From Desulfobulbus propionicus DSM 2032 (GTDB taxonomy: Bacteria > Desulfobacterota > Desulfobulbia > Desulfobulbales > Desulfobulbaceae), in contig NC_014972.1 in assembly GCF_000186885.1 (NCBI RefSeq), positions 1,440,001-1,472,000 of the forward strand: DNA of 32,000 bases. Direction: 5' to 3'. Under the pieces are notes generated by a model, which ran no database searches, was not told the DNA's origin, and saw nothing but the letters and a program-made list of their open reading frames with translations. The position numbers were made by a program, and so were the translations under genes. This document shows, one piece after another, positions 8,598-15,432 of the stretch (positions are counted from its first letter, which is position 1; every line of letters starts with the position of its first letter).

Positions 8598-9964
8598 AGG
8601 CACCAGAACAGGCAGAGCCGAAGGTGCCCTGGACCCACATCGGACAAGGCGTACACCTCGATCATCCCCAGACGGTCATGGAACTGGGTGTGCCCGACAG
8701 CCATCGCAAGGGCCATTTTTGGTGTTTCGGTACCACCCGGGTCGGAAAGACCCGGATTATGGAGCACATCATCGAGCAGGATATCTGCAAGGGGTATTCG
8801 GTGGTGGCCATCGACCCTAAGGGCGATATCGATCTGTTCTCCAAGATCACCCAACTGGCCCATGAGACCGACCGGCTCGACGATCTGATGCTGATCACCC
8901 CGATCTTCCCCCAGTACAGCGCCATCCTTGACCCCTTGTCGTCCTACTACATGCCCGAGGAACTGGTGGCCCATATCACCGCCGGGGTGGCCATCGGCCG
9001 AGAACCGTATTTCTTCGGGGTGGCCTACGAGGTCAGCCTGGTGGTGGTCCAGGCCCTGATCATGCTGGCCGAGCAAGCCGGAACAAAGCCTTCCTTCAAC
9101 CTCAATGACATCAAGAACCACATCAGCCATCAGGATCTGGAGCAGCTCAAGGAGAAGATCGACTACATTGACAGCCCGGAGGCCAAGCAGCTCTCCCTGG
9201 ACATCCAGAAGATCCTCTCGACTCCGGCGGACTACTACTCCAAGGTGGCCAGCTCGCTGCGGGTGGCGCTCACCGAGCTGACCTCGGGTAATGTTGGCAA
9301 GATCATCGGAAAAGCTGACGAGAACCGCTTCATCCAACGGCTGGAAGAAGGCAAGGGCATCATCCTCGTGGTGCAGTTGGGATCACTGTTGACCAAGCGG
9401 GCCGCCTATACCGCCGGTAAGGTGATCATCTCCATGATCCAGGCCTTTGTCGGTCGAGTCTATTCCTCAGGCAGAGATGTAACGCCCTCGCTGGTGTTGC
9501 ATATCGACGAGGCCCAGTCCGTCCTCTACCAGGGGATCGAGGACCTCTTTGCCAAGGCCGGCGGGGCCGGGGTGTTCATCCACGGCTACTGTCAATCGAT
9601 CAGCCAGTTGTATGCCGAGGTGGGTGAAGATCGAGCCAACACCATCCTCGACAACTGCAACACCAAGCTGTTCATGCGGGTGCCGGATCCCAGCACCGCC
9701 AATTACGTCTCCGAACACCTGGGCGAAGAGAAACGGTTTTCTCCCATCATTTCCCTGGGAGGCAACGTCTCCATCCGCGAGACTGAAGAGGTACGGATTA
9801 AGCCGAGCGAAATCCTCAAGATGAAACCCCGCGAACTTTTTCTCATTACCTACTCCGGCACCTACAAAGGGGTGACCGCCACGGTTGAGGAGGGCAGGCT
9901 CAAGGTGGTCTTTCCGGATCTGGCCGGAGAGACCATCATCAAAAAACAAACCAAGAGCGGTTGA
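8594..9964 (+). CDS. cassette gene 2: VirD4/TraD/TraG (type IV coupling protein)-like P-loop NTPase lacking a transmembrane N-terminus
   Basis: 456 aa. Walker A is GTTRVGKT, followed by VVAIDPKGD. Walker B is LVLHIDEAQ. The T4CP-type C-terminal signature is CQSISQLYAEVGEDRANTILDNCNTKLFMRVPDPSTANYVSEHLGE. There is no hydrophobic N-terminal segment. Confidence 0.8.
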   Translation: MKAPEQAEPKVPWTHIGQGVHLDHPQTVMELGVPDSHRKGHFWCFGTTRVGKTRIMEHIIEQDICKGYSVVAIDPKGDIDLFSKITQLAHETDRLDDLMLITPIFPQYSAILDPLSSYYMPEELVAHITAGVAIGREPYFFGVAYEVSLVVVQALIMLAEQAGTKPSFNLNDIKNHISHQDLEQLKEKIDYIDSPEAKQLSLDIQKILSTPADYYSKVASSLRVALTELTSGNVGKIIGKADENRFIQRLEEGKGIILVVQLGSLLTKRAAYTAGKVIISMIQAFVGRVYSSGRDVTPSLVLHIDEAQSVLYQGIEDLFAKAGGAGVFIHGYCQSISQLYAEVGEDRANTILDNCNTKLFMRVPDPSTANYVSEHLGEEKRFSPIISLGGNVSIRETEEVRIKPSEILKMKPRELFLITYSGTYKGVTATVEEGRLKVVFPDLAGETIIKKQTKSG

Positions 9965-10188
9965 TGCTGAGCATCTGGCCGACGATCATCCTGGGGGTGG
10001 CTTTGGTGCTGGTTGGCGTTGCCGGCATACTGGTGCTGCGGGGTGAGGAGCAGGACGCCCCCTCGTTCCTTGAACAGATGACGCTGAGCGCCCTCTCGCA
10101 GCGGTGGGTCAGGCCCAGATCATCTACCCGGATAGAGGGGGTGAAGCATATCTCGGAGCGGCCCGCCTCTGGCGGAACGAGCAGGTGA
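9964..10188 (+). CDS. cassette gene 3: small single-pass membrane peptide (possibly the detached N-terminus of the HD protein)
   Basis: The ATG at 9964 overlaps the upstream TGA (TGATG). One TM helix (LSIWPTIILGVALVLVGVAGILVL). Codon quality drops after about codon 48, exactly where the next ORF's frame becomes coding-like (see the frameshift finding). Confidence 0.5.
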   Translation: MLSIWPTIILGVALVLVGVAGILVLRGEEQDAPSFLEQMTLSALSQRWVRPRSSTRIEGVKHISERPASGGTSR

Positions 10189-11384
10189 TTGCCGAAGGCG
10201 TCGAGAAGTTTGAACTCGTGCATCCACGCGCTCAGTCCTTTGCCAGCCAGTTGCGGGCCTGGTCCTTTTTCAACCAGGCACCCGGGCAGCGTGCGGTCTG
10301 TTTGGAGGTTGTTCGCCTGCTTGACCGTGAAGGGCAGTGCCCTTCGGTGGTCGATGTCCAGGGCGATGTGGAAGCCGCCTGGGAACAGAACACCTATCGA
10401 ATCCTGGCTAAGACCACGCTGATTGAACATTCCCTCAACGTGGCCGAACAAGTGGTCAAACTGCTCTCCGACAATCAGGCCTGGCATGTGATCCCGGATA
10501 CCATGGTGGCCGCCTTGGGACATGACCTGGGTAAGCTCAAATCAGCGCGGGGTTCGCTCTATGCCCTGGGCGAGCATCCCCTGGCCGCCGGCGCCATCAT
10601 TTCCGCCATCCCTGGGTTCAAGGAACTCTCCCGCAAGGAGGACATCCTCCGGGCCATCAAGATGCACCACAAGATGCCCGAGGGGTTACTGGGCAAGACC
10701 CTCAAGAAGGCTGATCAGCAGGCCCGGCAGCAGGAACTGGAACGGTGGGTGGGAGTGGAGGCAACCGAGGAAATCAAGGAGTCGCACGAAGAGGAAGCGA
10801 AAGAGAAGCCACTACAACCGTCATCCCGGGAAGCGGTGCAACGGGTGCAGGCTGATATCTATGGGGAAACCATCGATTCCACGTCAAGCCGGGAAGAGAT
10901 CGCACCGCCTCAGCGGATGGACATCTCCAGTTGGTTCGATGCCGCTGGATTTTTGGCCATGCTCAAGCCCTACATCAACCGGATTGAGGGTCGGCGCTTT
11001 CTGGCCTTCTCCATGACCGATGGATTGGTCTATTTCCAGGTCAAGGTCTTGGAAGAGGTGGCCCGCAAGCAGGCTCAAGATGCCGGCTGCATGGAGATCG
11101 CCACCATGGCCCAGGATGATCCCACCATGCGCCAGGTGCTGTTCAGTGTTGTGCAGCAGTTGCGCCAGCAGCATGAAGTGATTGCCACCCATTTGATCAA
11201 GGCGACCTATTTCGGCGGCTACTTTCTGGTGACCAGGAAGTTCAACACGAAGATGCGAGGATACTATACCCCCTTCCATGCCGAGGCCTTTGGCTCCATC
11301 GCCGAGATGGAACGGGCCAAGCCGGATCTGCTTCGCGACATCCTCAGTGTCAGTCCCTATACCGGCAGTGAACAGGTGAGCTGA
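10185..11384 (+). CDS. cassette gene 4: HD-domain (metal-dependent phosphohydrolase fold) protein with extended C-terminal domain
   Basis: The ORF is open from 10104 (GTG). GTG 10185 forms a GTGA overlap with the preceding stop. HD signature: IEHSLNVAEQVV...VAALGHDLGK...IKMHHK...KKADQ. It is followed by an acidic linker and a roughly 170-aa C-terminal domain (FLAMLKPYINRIEGRRFLAFSMTDGLVYFQVKVL). The start is uncertain (10104, 10185, or fused to gene 3). Confidence 0.75.
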   Translation: MIAEGVEKFELVHPRAQSFASQLRAWSFFNQAPGQRAVCLEVVRLLDREGQCPSVVDVQGDVEAAWEQNTYRILAKTTLIEHSLNVAEQVVKLLSDNQAWHVIPDTMVAALGHDLGKLKSARGSLYALGEHPLAAGAIISAIPGFKELSRKEDILRAIKMHHKMPEGLLGKTLKKADQQARQQELERWVGVEATEEIKESHEEEAKEKPLQPSSREAVQRVQADIYGETIDSTSSREEIAPPQRMDISSWFDAAGFLAMLKPYINRIEGRRFLAFSMTDGLVYFQVKVLEEVARKQAQDAGCMEIATMAQDDPTMRQVLFSVVQQLRQQHEVIATHLIKATYFGGYFLVTRKFNTKMRGYYTPFHAEAFGSIAEMERAKPDLLRDILSVSPYTGSEQVS

Positions 11385-12100
11385 TGGCCAAGGAACGGGA
11401 AGCCAAAGGGGCAAACGACACCAATGCCCAGATTATTACCACCGAGGGAGGCCGGATCTACAAGCCGGTCAACCTGCTCAGCGCCATATCCGAGATCCAG
11501 CAGTTCTATGTGATCGAGAGCAAGGGGCAGAATATTCCGGCCGAGTTCCTGACATTGGAGCGGACCATCGATTTTTTCAAGATCGGCTTGAAGAGCGGGT
11601 TCAACGAGGGCATTGCCCTGGTATTGCTGTTCCCGGTGTTCCACTTCTACCTCTTTCCCTTTGTCTTTCTCCACCTCGACTGGTTCAGCCATCTGCTCTT
11701 TGGTTGCATCCCCTATCTGCCCCTGATCATCAACACTCTCATGTGCAGCTACATCAGCCGCTACTTTGTCGGCAACATCACCCGCAAGGCGGTCAACTCG
11801 CTGCTTTCCGGCCGGGCGCTCTCCCTGCTGCTTAAGGCCTTTGTGGTTTATGTCATCTATTTGGTGCTGTTCCGGTTGAGCACCCCGGAGAACATTGGTC
11901 AGCTGGCTAGCCAGTTCGGCGCAAAAGCTCACGAAATCTATCACGGCTTCTTTGCCATCAAGCCGCATCTGGTGCCCCTGGCCACCAAGAGCAGCCTGCT
12001 CATGGTGCTGGCGGTGGTGTTTCCTTACGGATCGGTCTATCTGCTTGACTGCTGGCATCGCCACCGGATCAAGCGCAACATCCAACGTATTTCTGCCTAA
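11384..12100 (+). CDS. cassette gene 5: integral membrane protein (about 4 TM helices), no recognised family
   Basis: 238 aa. The start overlaps the upstream stop (TGATG at 11382-11386). A soluble N-terminal region of about 75 aa is followed by four hydrophobic segments (e.g. GIALVLLFPVFHFYLFPFVFL, ALSLLLKAFVVYVIYLVLF). Confidence 0.7.
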   Translation: MAKEREAKGANDTNAQIITTEGGRIYKPVNLLSAISEIQQFYVIESKGQNIPAEFLTLERTIDFFKIGLKSGFNEGIALVLLFPVFHFYLFPFVFLHLDWFSHLLFGCIPYLPLIINTLMCSYISRYFVGNITRKAVNSLLSGRALSLLLKAFVVYVIYLVLFRLSTPENIGQLASQFGAKAHEIYHGFFAIKPHLVPLATKSSLLMVLAVVFPYGSVYLLDCWHRHRIKRNIQRISA

Positions 12101-12120
12101 ACAGCAGCGGAGGTTCAACC

Positions 12121-12522
12121 ATGGAACACGAAGAAAAAAAACAACGTCCCTCTTGGCAGGAGATTGAAGAGAGGAAAATCAATCTGGTGAAGGAAAAGGG
12201 CTCACGGGTCATGCGAGTCAACTCGCCGATTGGTTCGACCATGTTCAGTATCCTGCGGCAGTTTGACATGGCCTATGCCAATTTCAAGGGCCGGCTGGGA
12301 GAGATGGGCGGCATCACCTATGAAGAAGGGGCTGCCTTGATGGAAGAAGGGCGAGAGATCGTGATGGCCTTCTCTGATTTCACCGCACGGCTCAGCCGAA
12401 GGGTCAATTTCCGCTACTATGCCCCCAATGAAATCAAAGACTATCTGGAGTTACTCAAAGCTCAGGAGAAGAGCGAAGAGGCTTCGCGTGACGCAGAGGG
12501 GGCGGTTTCGGCCGAGTCATGA
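12121..12522 (+). CDS. cassette gene 6: small charged/acidic hypothetical protein
   Basis: 133 aa. A strong SD (GCGGAGGT) lies 7-8 nt upstream of the ATG. The composition is coding-like, and I recognise no motif. Confidence 0.6.
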   Translation: MEHEEKKQRPSWQEIEERKINLVKEKGSRVMRVNSPIGSTMFSILRQFDMAYANFKGRLGEMGGITYEEGAALMEEGREIVMAFSDFTARLSRRVNFRYYAPNEIKDYLELLKAQEKSEEASRDAEGAVSAES

Positions 12523-12555
12523 CCCACCAAGGCAATTGCACCTTGCCTTGGTGGG
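12523..12555 (+). terminator. perfect 13-bp stem-loop immediately after cassette gene 6 (terminator/attenuator candidate, no U-tract)
   Basis: CCCACCAAGGCAA (7-nt loop) TTGCCTTGGTGGG, starting at the first base after the stop codon. It is not followed by a T-run. Confidence 0.35.
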
Positions 12556-12618
12556 CAAGGTCTGCTATCTCGCAAGCCATGAAACGGTTTTTCCAATTCC
12601 CCTCTACATGGAGCAGTC

Positions 12619-12903
12619 ATGAACAAAACCGAATTGATTGATAAGGTCGCCAAAGAAAGCGCCTTGAGTAAATCAGCCGCCGAACAGGTGGTGAACAGCG
12701 TCTTCTCAGCCATCGCAGAGGCGATGAAGACCGGCGACAAGGTGACTCTGGCCGGATTTGGCACCTTCTCCACTGCTGACCGAGCCGCCCGTGAAGGACG
12801 AAATCCGCAATCGGGAGAAAAGATTGCTATTCCAGCTAAAAAGGCAGTGAAATTTAAACCTGGTTCGAAGCTTGTTGATGTTATTCAATGCCCAGAGAAT
12901 TGA
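12619..12903 (+). CDS. hup: HU family nucleoid-associated DNA-binding protein
   Basis: MNKTELIDKVAKESALSKSAAEQVVNSVFSAIAEAMKTGDKVTLAGFGTFSTADRAAREGRNPQSGEKIAIPAKKAVKFKPGSKL is nearly collinear with E. coli HupA/HupB, including the GFGTF...R..R.GRNPQTG arm. Confidence 0.93.
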   Translation: MNKTELIDKVAKESALSKSAAEQVVNSVFSAIAEAMKTGDKVTLAGFGTFSTADRAAREGRNPQSGEKIAIPAKKAVKFKPGSKLVDVIQCPEN

Positions 12904-13933
12904 TTCGGTCAACAGCTTTCAATTTATGTTCGTTGAGAAGGTGGGTGTAGCGTAAAACCATCTGTAAGGTGCTGTGTCCGAGTATCGCTGCCAAGGTTCT
13001 GATATCGGTGCCTGCCATGAGCATCTGGCTAGCAGCAGTATGGCGAAGGTCATGCATGTGCAAGAGTGGCAACTTTGCACGTTCCCTGGCTCTGTCAAAT
13101 GAAGGTCTGAACCTTGAAGATGGAATGTTTTGGGCGTGCTGGCTTTTTCCTTCTCCTTTGAGAAAGACGAATTCATTGTCAAAGGCAGTTTTTTTCAGAT
13201 CTTCAAGGGCTGTAATAACAGTTTTTGTTAAAGGGACGGTTCTTGGTTCATTTTTCGTAATATAGAGGGTCAGGGAGCGTCTATCGAAATCAATCTGGTG
13301 CCATTTCAATCCGGCAGCTTCACTTGGGCGCATCGCCGTGTGGAGCAGGATCAACACGTAAGGATACAGCCTTTTATTGCGACTAGCCTTGCATTCTTTG
13401 AGCAAACGTACAGCTTCATCTTCTTTGAGAAAGAAAATCCTCCCTTTGGGAACCTTTGGGCGTTCAATCGATTTGACAGGATTTTCAATAGGTAGTTCCC
13501 ATTCTTTGCAGGCTTTGATGAAAAGGTGAGAAAGAAGAGCCAATTCCAACCGCACCGCATACGCAGATACTGATTTTAAACGTTGGTCCCGATATTTTGC
13601 GACGACGGATGGTGTGATATCGGGTAATAAAGTGTTCCTGCCAAATTTTTCTTTCAGAAGTTTTGCTATTCTTCTTTCCCGTTCCTGGGTTGTCAGGGCT
13701 TTTTGGGAAGTAACTGTTTCCAGATAGCGGTCAAAGGCCTCGTCAAGCGTACGATGAGCACGGCGCGGGTCTTTGAACCGCTGGTTTTTCATCTCCGCTT
13801 CCATTTCTGCTGCCCAGATACGTGCCTCTCCTTTTGTGTCGAACGTCCTGCTTATCGACTCGTATCCCTTGACGCGAACAGTAATGGTGTATGTCGTTTT
13901 CTTTTTCCCTTTTCTTGTGAGGATTCGAGCCAT
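12881..13933 (-). CDS. tyrosine recombinase / phage-type integrase
   Basis: Catalytic signature: LHTAMRPSEAAGLKW (Arg), HDLRHTAAS (H-x-x-R) and LGHSTLQMVLRYTHL (His, Tyr). The ATG at 13933 (MARILTRKGKKK) is preferred, with GAGGGTGG upstream; the ORF itself extends to 14011. It is adjacent to the tRNA-Leu 3' end. Confidence 0.9.
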   Translation of the reverse strand: MARILTRKGKKKTTYTITVRVKGYESISRTFDTKGEARIWAAEMEAEMKNQRFKDPRRAHRTLDEAFDRYLETVTSQKALTTQERERRIAKLLKEKFGRNTLLPDITPSVVAKYRDQRLKSVSAYAVRLELALLSHLFIKACKEWELPIENPVKSIERPKVPKGRIFFLKEDEAVRLLKECKASRNKRLYPYVLILLHTAMRPSEAAGLKWHQIDFDRRSLTLYITKNEPRTVPLTKTVITALEDLKKTAFDNEFVFLKGEGKSQHAQNIPSSRFRPSFDRARERAKLPLLHMHDLRHTAASQMLMAGTDIRTLAAILGHSTLQMVLRYTHLLNEHKLKAVDRINSLGIE

Positions 13934-14040
13934 TTTGCCACCCTCGTTTTTGTTCCATTTTTGTTCCACTTCTTTCGTCAAAATATAGCAAAAGAGAGCA
14001 CGAGAAAGCAAAAGGAATTTGTAAAGGAGGGGAGGGGAGG

Positions 14041-14087
14041 GGAGAAGAAAAGGGCTAACATCTCTCTATTTTCGAGATGTTAGCCCT
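14041..14087 (-). terminator. rho-independent terminator downstream of tRNA-Leu (potentially bidirectional)
   Basis: Perfect 14-bp stem AGGGCTAACATCTC / GAGATGTTAGCCCT (14051-14064 / 14074-14087). It is flanked by T-rich runs on both strands (TTTCTTCTCC on minus, TATTTTCTTTT on plus). Confidence 0.6.
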
Positions 14088-14097
14088 TATTTTCTTT

Positions 14098-14183
14098 TGG
14101 TACCCGGAACGAGAATCGAACTCGTACAGCCAAAGGCCGAGGGATTTTAAGTCCCTTGCGTCTACCAGTTCCGCCATCCGGGC
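14098..14183 (-). tRNA. tRNA-Leu (anticodon UAA), CCA encoded
   Basis: The reverse complement is GCCCGGATGGCGGAACTGGTAGACGCAAGGGACTTAAAATCCCTCGGCCTTTGGCTGTACGAGTTCGATTCTCGTTCCGGGTACCA. It folds as a class II cloverleaf: 7-bp acceptor, anticodon stem AGGGA/TCCCT with loop CTTAAAA, a long variable arm, and T-arm ACGAG-TTCGATT-CTCGT. It is very close to E. coli leuZ. Confidence 0.95.
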
Positions 14184-14334
14184 AGGATGGGGATTTTATA
14201 CACTCCTCCGGTCGGTTTGTCAAACGGAGAAGCTTTTGAAGTTCCGGCAGGTTAACAGTGGCGTTTGGCTTTGCGGGTATGCTATGATGCCGCGATGTTT
14301 CTCGGGGTTTCCATTACGATCATCCATAAAGAGC

Positions 14335-15321
14335 ATGCGCAAAGTCATCATTATAACAGTGGCCTTTATCTTGTTGGTTCTCATCGGAACCTTCGGCTAC
14401 ATGATTCTCGAGAACACCGGGTTTTGGATGGGCATGTATCTGACCATCATCACCGTGTTCACCGTGGGCTACGGCGACATCGTGCCCATTCATCCCTCGG
14501 GACGCATTTTCACCGTCTTTCTGGTGATCACCAGCGTCGCCTTTGTTTTTTATACCTTCACCAAGATCACCGAGACGATGATCGAGGGCGAGCTGCGCGG
14601 TTTGTACAAGAGGAGAAAGATGAACAAAGAGATCGCCCGGTTGCGGGACCATTACATTATCTGCGGCTTTGGTCGGATCGGCAAGGAAATCTGCAGGATT
14701 CTCCAGGAGCACCACCGTCCTTTCCTGGTGATTGAAAAGGACGAGGAGGAAATCAGAACCCTGGAGGAGTTGGGCTATCTGCGCTTGCAGGGGGACGCCG
14801 CCGACGACGAGGTACTGCAGACCGCCGGCATCGAGCGCGCCAAAGGGCTGGTGTCGGTGGTGGCCTCCGATGCCGACAACCTCTACATCACCCTCACTGC
14901 CCGCGGTTTGAACCCGGTTCTGTATATCATGGCCCGTTCCAGCGGCGGCCCCGGTGTGCAGATCAAACTCAAGCGGGCTGGAGCCTCGAAGGTGATTTCG
15001 CCCTATTCGATCGGCGCCCGCCGCATGGCCCATCTCATTGTCCGGCCAACGGTCGCCGATTTCATCGACCTGACCATGCGGGCCGGCGAACTCGATCTGA
15101 TCATGGAGGAATTGCAGGTCGGCCCCGCGTCGCATCTCAGCGGCAAGAACCTGATCGAGTCCGAGATCCGCAAGAAGTACGACGTGATCGTGGTGGCGAT
15201 CAAACGTCAGGATGGAAGCATGCTGTTCAATCCCAAGCCCGACTCGGTGATCATGGCCGGCGATATCCTCATCGTCCTGGGCGCCAGCGAGCACATCCTC
15301 GGCTTGGGTAAGGAGATGTGA
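14335..15321 (+). CDS. 2-TM potassium channel with RCK/TrkA-N and TrkA-C domains (MthK/Kch-like)
   Basis: TVGYGD selectivity filter between two TM helices. Rossmann motif ICGFGRIGKEI, and a C-terminal TrkA-C-like segment. The upstream ORF extension from 14077 overlaps the tRNA and is rejected. ATG 14335 (MRKVIII) is preferred; ATG 14284 is possible. Confidence 0.88.
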   Translation: MRKVIIITVAFILLVLIGTFGYMILENTGFWMGMYLTIITVFTVGYGDIVPIHPSGRIFTVFLVITSVAFVFYTFTKITETMIEGELRGLYKRRKMNKEIARLRDHYIICGFGRIGKEICRILQEHHRPFLVIEKDEEEIRTLEELGYLRLQGDAADDEVLQTAGIERAKGLVSVVASDADNLYITLTARGLNPVLYIMARSSGGPGVQIKLKRAGASKVISPYSIGARRMAHLIVRPTVADFIDLTMRAGELDLIMEELQVGPASHLSGKNLIESEIRKKYDVIVVAIKRQDGSMLFNPKPDSVIMAGDILIVLGASEHILGLGKEM

Positions 15322-15377
15322 ACGCCGCGACCAGTCAGCTTCTCATTCCAATTCGCGTTCAGTTGTCATGTATCCTC

Positions 15378-15408
15378 GGGCGGGCACGATTTTTGGGCGT
15401 ACCCGCCC
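15378..15408. terminator. GC-rich stem-loop between convergent K+ channel and pdxJ genes
   Basis: GGGCGGGCAC ... GTACCCGCCC (10-bp stem with one mismatch, 11-nt loop), followed by TTGTATCTT. It lies in the 111-bp convergent intergenic gap. Confidence 0.3.
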
Positions 15409-15432
15409 TTGTATCTTGAAGGCAAAGACGAA

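Larger units (their letters stand above)
7393..14097. mobile_element. putative tRNA-Leu-associated integrative island (right end at tRNA 3' end; left boundary not determined)
   Basis: A tyrosine integrase starts 165 nt from the 3' end of tRNA-Leu on the same strand. The integrase region is visibly AT-richer than its surroundings. The segment also carries an HU gene and a cassette with a T4CP-like ATPase. A 464-bp AT-rich non-coding gap (7393-7856) is the most plausible distal junction, but I found no direct repeat by eye. Confidence 0.4.

Noticed and set aside
14077-14334. Upstream extension of the K+ channel ORF to 14077.
   Set aside because: It overlaps the tRNA-Leu gene and its terminator on the opposite strand. 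A complete M1-pore-M2 channel starts at MRKVIII (14335).
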